A DNA stretch of 48,398 nt, filler included, from Catajapyx aquilonaris (taxonomy: Eukaryota): assembly GCA_000934665.2 (NCBI GenBank). It is 2 parts of 2 records of this genome, joined end to end, with 100 filler letters (N's around TTAATTAATTAA, not from the genome) between each part and the next. Parts side by side here need not be neighbours in the genome. Positions count along the whole stretch, not along the records: positions 1 to 24,149 come from KZ539372.1; 1 more part is not named here. One strand, 5' to 3'. How positions within the stretch are numbered: the first letter of the stretch is position 1; every line of letters starts with the position of its first letter. The translations under genes and the position numbers were made by a program. Shown here piece after piece: positions 11,745 through 23,520 of the stretch. Below the pieces are notes generated by a model. It had not been told where the DNA came from and searched no databases. It was given only the letters and a program-made list of their open reading frames with translations.

Positions 11745-14700
11745 CTGAGAAAAAAAACAACATAAAAATGAGATTACAAAAGTGGCTATGCTACTGGCCA
11801 GCCAAGCGGAGGTCCGGGGGGTTCAAATCCTGTCCCGTCACTTTCGCTTGGTCAGGTCTTTTTCAGCTTTTCACCCGACATGTCTGGGAAGAATTGCACT
11901 CCTTTCTCTGCCCATGGCCAGGAGAAAAGGTCTGGTATTTAAGAGAGTCAGAAATGACTACTTAAGAGCGTCCTCCCTTTGGAACTACCCCTTCCCCCTC
12001 TAAGAGGGCCCCTGGCCCTATCACGGGGTATTAAAAACAAACAAACAAACAAAATGCTGTTAATAGTTCAATATGCCACAGTAAATAGTCATGCTAATGT
12101 CACAGACCCCATTACATGCTACCTATCATACAACTCCATGTATGACAACTTCTTGTTGGATAAGCACCCTGTCCTTAGTAAGAAAGAGCAACATGAGAAC
12201 TCAATAAATTTTGTCTTCTAGGTTATTATCTTACAGAAAACAAAGTAAATTTTTGATCACATTTTGCATTTAACAAGATGATGAGCAGCACATCTCAAGT
12301 CCCAAATATGAAAGTGTCAGCCACCACTACAAAAATGGTGACAGCAGACAGTGCAGTAGTCAAGTCAAAAGGGCGAGCCATCAGACAGGCCCGAATTAGC
12401 ATTCCATGATAAGCATTTTAATATTTTCTGATTAAATTAATTTTAAAAAGGGGATCATATCTAACATTCTCTATCCACAGAATTGGCCTTATCCACATAC
12501 TGAAACAACACTATTAATGCACAAAAAAAGACAAAAAATCATGTGACTTACCAGCAAGTTCAGTAAGACACTTCCACTGTGTGGTGATTGCTCCCCATCA
12601 GATGGTGATTGTGAGTTTGATGAAGGAGAATATGCACTTGAGGAGGAGGAGGATGATGATATTGTTGAGTCCAAGGAAAGGGTCCTTGCTCCACTTCCAT
12701 AGCCCTTCCCTTTCTGTGTGTTCAGGCTAAGTGAGCCAGTGAGGAGAGCCTTGGTGACATTTGGCACACTTGGGTCATATTGAGGTGCTGGAGGAGGAGG
12801 TGGGGCATAATAATCCCCTGTTCCTCCCTCCAGTCCAACTTCCCCATTTTCGGTGACATCAGGACTTCCAGTGTCATCCAGACTTAGACCGTTCAATGGG
12901 CACAGATCTTCTGATATATTGCAGTTGCTGCGACTGCGTTTTGGGGGTATCACAGACTTGCTCACAGAGCCTCTCTTCACAGTTAGGGACAGACCTATAA
13001 TATGTTAATGATCAGTCACACAAAATACTTGACAATTTTTCCAAAAAGAAAAATCACTAATTATTTTCTTGAAGTTTGAGTTTCAACATGAAAGTTAGTG
13101 GTGTCAAATACACCAATTGCAAAAAATGCAACTGTGGTTCTCTGAGTGATGGAGTAGCCAAGAGGAATCATACATTTAAAATATTATTATTTTCTCTGTG
13201 AAGTGTAACAACGCATAAATGAGCAGCATTGCGCCATAAGTTCATCCAAACAATTTCCACCTGAGGGAGCATAATGTGCAATAAAAATTCATGTCATATA
13301 TGTTCACCACTACTAACAAATGCTGCAGTACATGGTAAGGCTAGTGTGTGCATCCCGAGCAAATGATAATATTACAATTAATGTATCAAGCAGGAACAAT
13401 AATGGCATGCTACACCTTCAACAGTGCACCTTAAGAGCAGATATGCAACTGACCTTTCCCTCTCTTTGCTTCCCATGTTGAATCTGTCTTGGCACCTTTC
13501 CTTTTCTGGTGTGGAAGGGCAACAGTTCCATCTTTACCCGACTTCTCCCTGCCAATTCCAACTCCTTGATATACCTCCTGCCCCTTTCCACCCCCTCCAC
13601 CCCCTCCACCACCGTCATGGGGAAGGGATCTCATTGTAACTGAAGGAACATCCTTCTGCAGCAGCAACTGTGCAAGACTGGGTGCTTGCACTTCAGGACT
13701 ACGAACTGTTGCCTGGGGCTGCGGACTTGTCTCTTGCCTAATTGTACAGAAGAAGAAAAATTAGTATCGGTCATCTTTCTTCCCTCACAAAGTACCTCAC
13801 CATTTTGGGTCTGTTGGAACAGGCACTTCCCATGGTGATCCCCACATCATGTCCCCACCACTTATCAAGGGAAAGTCATCTTGGTCTAGACCTAATGAAC
13901 CAAGATCCTCCTCCATTTCGGTCAGATCTGAGTCCCCAAAATGTAGGCTTTCTTCACTGTCTGGATCACTTTGGTCCATCAAAGTTGATAATTTTAAGTC
14001 CATATCCTGAAAAAATGACAAAATATTTTACATAGTCGTACATATCCTTTCTTTCATTATTATAAGGCTAGAAACAGGGGGCTTTAGCTACAACACAGCT
14101 TTAAAATGGTACAATCCATAACTTCAATGAAAAATTATTTATTCCCAACTGAATAAATTTTCTTTTGTAAATGAGCTCTGGTAGGCACTCACTAGAAGAT
14201 ATTATACGCAATTAGATTAAAAATAATCAACCTGGATTCTCAATTGAGCAATGTATCAGAAACAAACAGTGCAGCATAACAATTACTATCATTATATCAC
14301 AAAATATCACTGGGGCATGAAGCCTGAAACTTGTTGCACAATTTTTTCCTGGTGTATGATTTTCTTGAAAATACAAATCAAGGAGAGGGAAGTCCAAAAT
14401 TGGGGGAGAGATACATGGAATTGGGCATTTTCAAATACTGTTAAACCTGTCTATAATGGACCCTAGATGCATAAATTTCACAGAAATTACAGAAATGGGT
14501 GTCCCCAGCACAGGATTTTTATTACACGTATTTCACATAAAACTAATCTGTTCATTGCAGAAGTCTTATGTGGAATGATGCGATTCCTCTATAGACAAGT
14601 TTCACTATTTGCTTTGGTATAATGACTGGTGTTATCCTAATTTAAGCGTAATTATCAAAAAATTTCGGAAAGACAGCCAACCTTTAGCGCTAAAGGTGAT

Positions 14701-17700
14701 GCCAGCAACTCATCCATGTCACTATTAATAGGTACTGTTTCCTCTGCGTCACCACTAGCCAATGGTGACACAGAAGGAACAACTGCAGTGGGTTCAATAG
14801 CTGGAGCAGATAACAATTTGGAGGTGACTGGCTGTGATGTAGTTGGCTTCGCAGCAGTGAATGGGGTAATGGTCAGTGATGTGATGTCCGGTATCGTTGG
14901 AGAAGTTTCCAGCTCATCTGTTCTCTCCAAGTCCAAGTTATAGGGGAAATCAAAATCGTCCTCCCCCAAAATGTCAAAAGGAATATCCAATGGGACACAA
15001 ATGTCACCAGCAATGGGAGCCAAATGGGTTAAGTCCTCCACTTCTTCTGCCAGATCTGCGGATGGACAACATGTTATGTATCATATACGTACAATGTTCT
15101 TCACCCCTTTATAAATAACAAAGGGAGATATATAATTGTACTGCTATCTGTATGTTGTCATTTAATTTGATTAAGGCCAGAATCTGCAAGTACAGCAACA
15201 ATGTCTCATAAGAGAAAATGTAAGTTACACACAGACTGATACACAGGGTGGTCCACCAAAGACGACCCACTTACAGAAATATCCCTTATTTAGATGTTTC
15301 CAGTAAGAAGAAGAATAATAATAACAATAATAATAAAGGATACCCCGTGATAAGCCTCCTTGGGCTTTTTAGGGGATCATCTATTTAATTGACCGACTTT
15401 AATCATTGCCTTTGCTGTGATGGATTTTGATTGTGGGAGGAAACGGTAGAACCCACGCAAACATGGAGAGAACCCATCGAAACTCTATCCACATATAAGC
15501 ATCCTCTGTCCGATCCGGGGATCGAACTCAGGACCTTAGAGGTGGAAGGCTTTGGCGCTAACCACTACACCACCATGCCACCCTACAGTAAGAATAATAA
15601 TATTGTGTTATTGGAAGGACCCTGCACACCTGTTTCTACCCCTTCAGATTGTTCAGCAAGATGACTTGGAATATTCAATCTCTTATGCATCCTAATGAAG
15701 AAATAACACGTATTTCTATAGTATAGTAAAACCTACACAGGGTGTTCCAAGTATATTAGTACTTTTAGTTAAAGGAAATTTCATTCGAAGCTGTTATTTT
15801 TTGATGCTTGTTACACCCCTAACCAGGTGCTCTATTCTATAGCAACTGGAAATATAAGCGAAAAAAGTGAGTGACGTGAAATGAAAATGTCAATTCTCTC
15901 ACAAAACTGCAACAAAGTCTGTGTTTTCTACTAAAAAGTAAAGGCTCACCTGTAACTTTAACCTCATTGTCTGTAAAGATGAGGAAGCCCTTATTCATAT
16001 CTTCCGTCCTAGGCACAAGTATCTTATCAGTGCTGGCCTCTGGCAATGAGTTTGGTTGCAGAGAGGCGATGAAGTCTGGCAGCAGCAGTGAGGCAATGGG
16101 CACTGTCTCGAGGAAATCCACCACGCTCTTGGTCCCTTGGTCAGGTACAACCACCGAGGCCTTCAACTCTGCCTTCTCCAACTCTTCCTTCTTCTCCTCC
16201 TTTACTTCCTTCTCCACACAAATAGGCTCCTGCAGTGCAACTACTGGCTCTGGTGTTGGCACCAGTGATGACCCAAGAGACAATGGACATGTATTCCCAT
16301 TGTCCTTACTCAGCTGGCTGCACGACAAGATCTCATGCTCTTGCTCAATCCCACTATAATGTTGGGAGGGGGAGGCAAAAGTAAGAAGCATGATAATCAG
16401 CTCTTTGCTCTGCTCAGATAAGATCATCACTTATTGATCTTCACAAGTAACTGCCACATATTAGAAATATGACTGCAAATCCCCCCGACACCAGCAAATA
16501 GTGCTAAAAATCGCTAACCCCTTCAATTTGAACACACAGTATTTTTTCTGCTCCTAGTAATGTTAGAGTAACTGCACTGTAAAAAGTAGCTGACTATCTA
16601 ATTTATGACAACTAATATGGACAGGCGCTTCAATGGGGAAGTGCAAGTGACATGTTAAAAACATTACTGGCTTATCCCAATCACCGCCTTTTTAAATGCC
16701 ACTACCAATGGGGCAATGGGGTCGTCCATACTAGTGTGTCATGCTGTCGGTCAAGAGTGGCAACACAAACTTCAACTGCGAATTTCTTTCATACAATAGT
16801 TTGTCAAGTAGTTTCGCAAGGAGGGATCACAGCTAGCATGACCTATCTTACGGTCGACCTCCAACTGCTTCACTTTTCATATTATGCACACTAGCCTGCT
16901 AGGTAGCACGTGTTATGGTGCAACCGCTTGTTTTGTTTGCAACTCGTTTGAAGGCAGATTGGGCCTGCAAATATTACCTTCTTCTCTTATTTTTTTGCTC
17001 GTGTTTCGGAACTCTGTGCGCCTTTGTTGTCAAGCTTGGAATGTTGGATCTGTTTCCTTGGCCTCAACTCCACTTTGGCTTCACCCTATCTTCAGGCAAA
17101 GGCACAAGATTCTTCCTATCTTCCCCTCTCCGNNNNNNNNNNNNNNNNNNNNNNNNNNNNNNNNNNNCGATCAGGCGACGTTCACAGGCGCTACTCCAAA
17201 ACTTTTTTCCGAAACACACCTGGCCAATTTCCACTTTTTCAAGCACCCCCTTTCGGACCGCAACCCCCATTAAAAATAACTCCCGTCTCTAACAGTTCGC
17301 TAAAAATCCTTCAACCTGATATCACCCTGTAATATCCACGTGCGGCCCAGCCCAGCCCTGCCACCCAAACGTGTCACTTGCTACTTCAAGTCAATTTGTC
17401 TCGCCTTATTACCCGACTTGTGCGAATAAGGAAGGACGGAAATAGTCGGAACATGTCGCAAGGTAGATCTGTACATGACCCCGATGGGAAATGTTTTTTT
17501 TTTTGGTCTTTCATTCTCCTCCGACGATTACGATGCGGGTCCACATCCAATAAATCCTGGTCTGAGGACCAATAAAACTTGGAAGATGGCTTCGTCTTAT
17601 CTTCCACTCTCTTGCTGAAAGGTCCTTTCGAAGAAGGGGGAAACCCTCATTTATATTCCTATCGAGATTCAGATTGCCGCTACACATTTCAACCCCTATC

Positions 17701-20700
17701 TACCCACTTCTGCCCGCAGCCAATCAGCCCGGGTTCACACAAACGCGTCGTTGTAGTTTAGAATCCCCCAAATACACATCGATATCAATCTTCAACTTGG
17801 GATACTTTAAGATTACGCGTCAAACCTCAGCTCGAGATAGTTCGGAGCCTGGAGCTGACCTTCTTTAGGTCAAGGCGAAGGACCAGGAAGGCAAAATAGG
17901 TACAAGCCAACACTTGGAAGAGTCATGGCCAGAAATTCATTACATAAGTAAGCAAACATGTAACTTTACATCAGGAAGAGTGACGCCTGCTGTTTTTCTC
18001 CCCTCCCCCTCCCCCTCCAGCGATTACATGCGAGGAAAACAAAAGATATTTTTTTCCCCCACTTGACTAGGATAGTGTACGTTCGACTTCCGGGTTGTAT
18101 GATTCCATTCGAGGTGTGTTTTCGTCCCGTCTCCCCCTGTGAGGAAATGGTTCGTTGGCCCTGAGCACCACAAACATCGATCTCCCATCGCAATCGGCGA
18201 GTTCTGCTACCGGAGCAATAAGCTGAAAAAACTTGCTTGGCCCAATTCCAATCACCATTCAAAACTTCCGAAACTTTTGTCACAAAGCCGAGTTCAAAAG
18301 TCCTGTCCACAGATGTTAACAGCTCNNNNNNNNNNNNNCCCCCCCCCCCACCCACCCTTGATAACACGTCCGCCACAACACACACGCACTTACTGCGTCC
18401 AATCCGACCCCAAATTCACGTGTGGAGTTCGATAAATCCGGTGTCGGGGTCAGCGCGGGTCGGCTTGGGTCACCCGCAAGGCACAGACCCCGACCGAAGT
18501 AGGTGGCCGGCCCGCGCCGACTGAAAATTTTCGGGTCTTCCGACGTAGTATTGGGCAACCTTCCAAACAGCCCGCCTCCTCCGACCAAAGCGACGTTGCC
18601 GTTATGACGTCGATACCCCACGATTCAACCGACTCCCTCGCGGTTAAGGAAATGCAAGACAAGGGTTGTTTTTGCCGCTCACAAAGAGTTGCGACTAAAA
18701 TCATTCGTGGCAGCACCTAGTCATGTGACCGGTGAGAGGCGGGGGCTTAGGTCATAAATCGAATCGTGACATTAGCGTGACAGGACAGGGTCGCCGTGAC
18801 GCAATGATTGTCGAGGTCTAGGCAAGCAAGGATCGGATATTGAGACGTGAAATCCCGGAATTGTCTTCCGCGATGATGCGATGCCGTCACAATCATGTGA
18901 CATATTCAATTGTCCTCGTTGTGTTCGTCTTGCCTCATGTGATTCGAGTTGTATAACCGGCCTCCCACTTGCAGAACGATGCAACAATCCCCTTTCTTGG
19001 CCTCGGAGCCAATGCTAAGCAGGGGGGAGGGGGAGGGGGGGAGGAGAGAGAGAGGAGGCGCCTGATGGTCTACCTACTTCGGAGATGTTTAAATGACAGG
19101 AAGCGGACAGCTATTCGCGGACAATGAGCGACAATACCACTAACAATAGCTTGGACGTCAGTGTTATTATATGAAAACATACATCAGGAGCATATGACAC
19201 TATGCCGTGCATTCCTGACACATACATATGCTTCACGACATCTATGCCCTCTCATACAAACCAGTACGCTACAACGCTACGGGCCAGACACAGTCAATTG
19301 AGACTGAACGCCTGGCAGGGCATGGCTGCTATGGTGTACCTCACCTTTAAATAAGACTTTACTTTTCACTTAGGTCGAATTATGCAGTGTGCCTGGCTCC
19401 ACAACTCAGGCCCACGGGAGTAAAATGAGTGCCTGAGAAAATGATCTTGGCAGCTCACCAAAGTTGGAATGGGGTTAGCTGCTTTACTCGTCTGCCACAT
19501 GATAAATTATAATAAAGGCCTGACAGAAAGTAGAATTAAGAAGGATGAAAGGTCGAATGTGATGAACCAAGGTTGGCAGAAATATGAGGTAATATCTGAC
19601 ATTAAGCTCCACTTGACACCACGTCAAATCATATTTCCCACCTTCCCTCCACAGAACAATCTTATGAATCCTGTACTATTAATAGGCCTCTCCCTCTCCA
19701 CTATTTCTGAGACTATCCCAGGCTCACTCCTATTTTTTCTCTCTGCACTTCTTTCTCCCTAGAAGAGTTCCTCTTTTAAAAAGGCTCTTCCTACTTCAGA
19801 ACAACCTTAATCAGGCTCAGCCTGCATGTCACAAGTATGTAGCAATTTATGTACAGTTGCTGTTAATGAAAATGTAAAATGGAAGCCTACCTGACAACAA
19901 AGTTGACACACACAACACTCTGAGGCTGCTGGGCCTTTCCACCATATATGAGTGTTGACTGGGTCTTGACCCAAACGTGACCACCATTTTTCGCAAGAAA
20001 TCTGTACACTCCAGTCTGGACTTGGCCTTTTTTAAACACTGAATCAAGAAAGACACACACGCACATATTACTACTTCTGAAATGCAAACCAGTGTGCAAA
20101 GAAGTTAAGTCTAAAAAGAAATACTCACAAATTTTGTAGCTTTCCTCAATGGACTTGCAGTCAAACAAATGGCAAATGCTGTACAGGGAACTGCCCAGGA
20201 GCTCCTCTTGATCATAGCCAAGAAACTCTCCAATCCTGAAATGTCAATATGACTGTGTCAATGAAGGTCAATATGGATCATGTGTACAGTTGTGAGTTTA
20301 CACTCATGATGAAGAGGGATTGGGTAAGGTGCTTAGCAATGAGTTCCCTGTAAAATTAGTGATGTATGTACAGTATCAGATAATGTTTTTGATGTTTACT
20401 CAGCAACATACAACAGCATTAAACACATACGTCACCAGCTTTAGAAAGAACCCGTTGGAGTTTCATATCTAGTCTATCTCCATCTTTATGCTTGTACTAT
20501 AACGCCCAAATACATGAGACGATTTTGCATTTGATTCAAGTGCAGGCTGCACTTGAGTCAGATGCAAAATCGTCTCTATGTTTTTGAGCGATATAGTACC
20601 TCTACACATGTTATTGCATCTGGTACATTAGGGTATACTCATCAGCTTGAATTTTTATTGCAGCAATAACTAACACAGTCTATCATACTATTGAAGCCAG

Positions 20701-22885
20701 CCTAAAAAGTGGAACTCTCTATAATGAGTTTCTTCAAAAGTGGCAGAGGAACTTTTAGACATCTGTTAGTTTCTCAAACAGATGTAGAATAAGATTTTAT
20801 CCAAAAGGTAAAGGCCGATCAAGGAGGGAAAGGCACTGACAGAAAGAATTTGCATCATGAAAAGTACACACATCTGAGCTATTAATTTCTGCCTTGAGAG
20901 GAGACAAGCATATCAAAGTGGGAGTCATGGAGGTGCCTCTGGTGGGGCATGATGAAAACGTCAACATTCAAAGCAGAATTTGAAAGATTCAATGGGCATG
21001 CTCAGCATTGCATTGCAGTCTTATCAGGGCCTTTCAATTGTTGGCTAACCTGTAAGATAATGCCTTATTTCTGTCCTTCTCTATAAAAAGAATGGTCTCT
21101 TTGTGTCCAGTGTCTAGGTAGGTAAAAATATCCTGTCAATCAAGTGCCTTTTATAATAACTCCATGGAAGATGTTTGAAACTCAATTAATCAAGGTACTA
21201 CCATGCCATACATTTTTTCCACTATGAAATGCCTGGAAATCTAATTCCACTTACAAAAAAAAGCTTAGTTACAAGACAGTCAGAGTATGCTACACTAGCC
21301 TAAATGCATTACTTTCAAATTTTTAATGTCTTCAAAAAAAGATGCTGACCAACCACAAAACACTTAAAATAATCTAGATTTTAATGCACTATAATGCACT
21401 CTTGCTGCAAATTCCACTTTAAAATGCAGACTGCTGTCATGTATTTAATGCAGGCTTGCTTAGTATTGTTGTCAGCATACATTTACCAGTTGCAGGCAGG
21501 TGCAAAATTCCTCCATTTTGTTTACAAGAGTTTTAAAAATTATGAAAACAAGTAGCCTACAGATCATTTAATATTTTCAGCCAGTGCCCACCCATGTAAT
21601 GTTATCCACCACCTCAACCCAAACACAACACAAGACACTTACAAAAATGTGGCCCTGTCACACTTTGTGTATGATAATTTCCAAGCTACCTTGTGTCAAG
21701 ATTATGACGTGTCAAGATTATGACATGACAACACCATGTCTTTGTGAGTGTCTTATAGTGCCAAAATGTAGATTTGGGTTGAGGCGGCAGACAGCATTGT
21801 AAGGCAGTGAGTGGGTGTTCACTGAAAACATTTGACAATCTGGAGTAGGGATTAGTCCTCATTCTTTTAACATAGGTACATTTAGCCACAATACATCCAC
21901 AGAATATGAGCCCCCTCTTCCGGTTCATTTTTCCTAAAGATACGTTAAGTTTTGGCCAACTACCTTGGAAGTTGTGCGAGTTTTTTTGACAAAAGAGTTT
22001 TCTTTTTGTCAAATATTTCAAGTCCAAAATATCACATATAAACCCCAAAAATTTATGCCATGTGTGACACATTTCAATAATTACCACAACACTATCATAG
22101 ATTCCAAAATTTGTGAAACATCATTGCCACCAACATTACCAATGCAATGAAAAGTGAGAAAAAGTGTGTTGATAAAAATAATCCAATACCACTTTTTCTA
22201 TTTTTACTTTAAGATTTCAAAGGTCATAAATAACTGAGCAGCCTCATTCCCAAAATATTCCTTAGAAGGTTTAGCCCCATTCTTATGTTGTCCAATGACC
22301 TGCATTATACAACATACCATAATAACACGACCATAATAATGCTCCAAATCAGTGCATTACTGGTCAATGTTGAAATATAAAATGAAACTTTCTAAGCAAG
22401 AAACTAATCCAAAGTTCAGAAAGTCAAAATATGTCAACTCACTTGTCATCCACATATGTGAACTTCATATCCAGACTGTGCTTGCTGAGGAAAGTTTGTT
22501 TGTCCAGTGGTATTTCAATGTTGGATGGATGTGGGATTGGTTCCCCGATACCCAAGAAATAATGGGTAGCAGTGTCAGATGACCCAGTGGATCCTAAAAA
22601 GCTGTCTGTTGAACCTCCTTCTGAATCGCTTCCTGCCTTCCCATGGTGTGAAGAATCTTGGCTGATGCTGTCACAGGAAGGGACAATCTGTCCATTGAAA
22701 TGAATCACCTTGTAGCCAGCTGACTTGAGGTTGATGTTCCGGCCATTGCTGGTCAGTGTGCACTTCATGCGGATGAACATTGAATAGGGAGAGTTTGCCT
22801 GACCCTTGCTCATAAACATCTCCCGGATTTCATCATGGTCACTTGGATGGCTGTATTCATACATATTCTGTCCCATTATATCCAC
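11499..22885 (-). CDS. sima: Hypoxia-inducible factor alpha (HIF-1alpha/sima-like), 5'-incomplete. Exons 22885-22443, 20235-20129, 20038-19891, 16353-15950, 15055-14682, 14006-13801, 13737-13454, 12994-12552, 11744-11499 (884 aa)
   Basis: PAS-A 'YEYSHPSDHDEIREM...FIRMKCTLTSNGRNINLKSAGYKVIH', PAS-B 'EPIPHPSNIEIPLDKQTFLSKHSLDMKFTYVD...KGQVQTGVYRFLAKNGGHVWVKTQ', N-ODD 'LTHLAPIAGD', 'SLAQLL', 'SVLLNLL', C-TAD 'LTAQDCEVNAPV...LLQGQDLLIALD'. All eight introns are GT-AG with compatible phases; total 2655 nt in frame. Confidence 0.95.
11782..12052 (+). mobile_element. tRNA-derived SINE in the last HIF-alpha intron (antisense to the gene)
   Basis: B box GGTTCAAATCC, 3' end TATCACGGGGTA followed by an (AAAC)n tail. 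Confidence 0.75.
14438..14606. mobile_element. Degenerate pogo/Tigger-like MITE
   Basis: Imperfect TIRs CTGTTAAACCTGTCTATA / TATAGACAAGTTTCACT, TA on the left. Confidence 0.5.
14682..16353 (-). CDS. sima: HIF-alpha exons 16353-15950 and 15055-14682 (post-PAS region and N-ODD)
   Basis: 'GIEQEHEILSCSQL', arthropod-type 'TDKILVPRTEDMNKGFLIF', and 'EDLTHLAPIAGDICVPLD'. Confidence 0.92.
15310..15585 (-). mobile_element. tRNA-derived SINE with V-domain-like core
   Basis: A box TGGTGTAGTGG, B box GAGTTCGATCCC, core TGTTTGCGTGGGTTCTACCGTTTCCTCCCACAATC, 3' TATCACGGGGTA + (TTA)n tail, TSD CAGTAAGAA (15301-15309, 15586-15594). Confidence 0.85.
16978..19130 (-). promoter_or_regulatory. CpG-rich promoter/5' UTR-like block inside a HIF-alpha intron
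   Basis: Visible CpG enrichment relative to the CpG-poor flanking introns; clustered TCATGTGA/CGTGAC/ACGTG motifs and a GC box at 18720-18945; Inr-like TCAGTC on minus at ~18520; donor AAG|GTAATA at 16978/16977. Confidence 0.5.
19891..20235 (-). CDS. sima: HIF-alpha PAS-B/PAC exons (20235-20129 and 20038-19891)
   Basis: IGEFLGYDQEELLGSSLYSICHLFD... / LFKKGQVQTGVYRFLAKNGGHVWVKTQSTLIY...VVCVNFVVS with GT-AG sites. Confidence 0.93.
20494..20599. repeat. ~105-nt near-perfect palindrome (hairpin) in a HIF-alpha intron
   Basis: GTACTAT..GAGACGATTTTGCATTTGATTCAAGTGCA-ggc-TGCACTTGAGTCAGATGCAAAATCGTCTC..ATAGTAC. Confidence 0.85.
22443..22885 (-). CDS. sima: HIF-alpha exon: PAS-A C-terminal part, linker, start of PAS-B
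   Basis: Acceptor ttcttcttcaccag|GTG, donor AA|gtgagt; canonical bHLH-PAS motifs. Confidence 0.95.
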
Positions 22886-23520
22886 CTGGTGAAGAAGAAA
22901 ATGAGCTACAGTAAGTACACCACATTACCTAGGGATGAACATCTTGAGTCATTATATACCCAATATTATGCCGAGTGTGAGGGAGGGGGACAGAGAGGGG
23001 GAGAGGGGGGGGGAGGAGAGAGAGATTGTGGCTCGTGGTGTTGTTTATGATCAAGATTATGCAGTTGATATATTGATGTGTAAAAAGTAGCAAATAGCAA
23101 ACCGTAAACTCAACAGTCGGGTTACCATTCATGGGAAATTGTCTGAATTTACACTGAACCGATGTTAGGAAAAATATCATTGCAGTGTATCCTATAATTG
23201 AAATGTCCCTTTCAGTTACTGATTTTTATCACATTAAGAAGTAGCTTTTGAACAGTTACATTTAGAAGTGATCAGAGTATTATATATAGCAATATTCAGA
23301 CTAATGAAGGCATCCCTTCAGGCCCTGAATTGGAAGAAATTTCTATCTTAATATATTGGAACTGACCCATTTGGAACCAATTGGCATCCAAGGTCAAGGA
23401 TGGAACTATTTATTATTGAACTAGACCTCCCTGTGGTAGTTAAAATTAATGCATACATTCAACCATCATTTTTGCAGAATCTAATATTTAAATGTCCAAT
23501 AAAAGTATACTTGAAACATT

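Noticed and set aside
11315..11965. Longest ORF (216 aa, plus strand)
   Set aside because: Antisense shadow of the HIF-alpha last exon plus a SINE; TTG start, no recognisable motif.
12123..12174. Extra HIF-alpha exon (TGCLSNKKLSYMELYDR)
   Set aside because: Its phase is incompatible with the phase-0 donor at 12552; in phase 0 it contains a stop.
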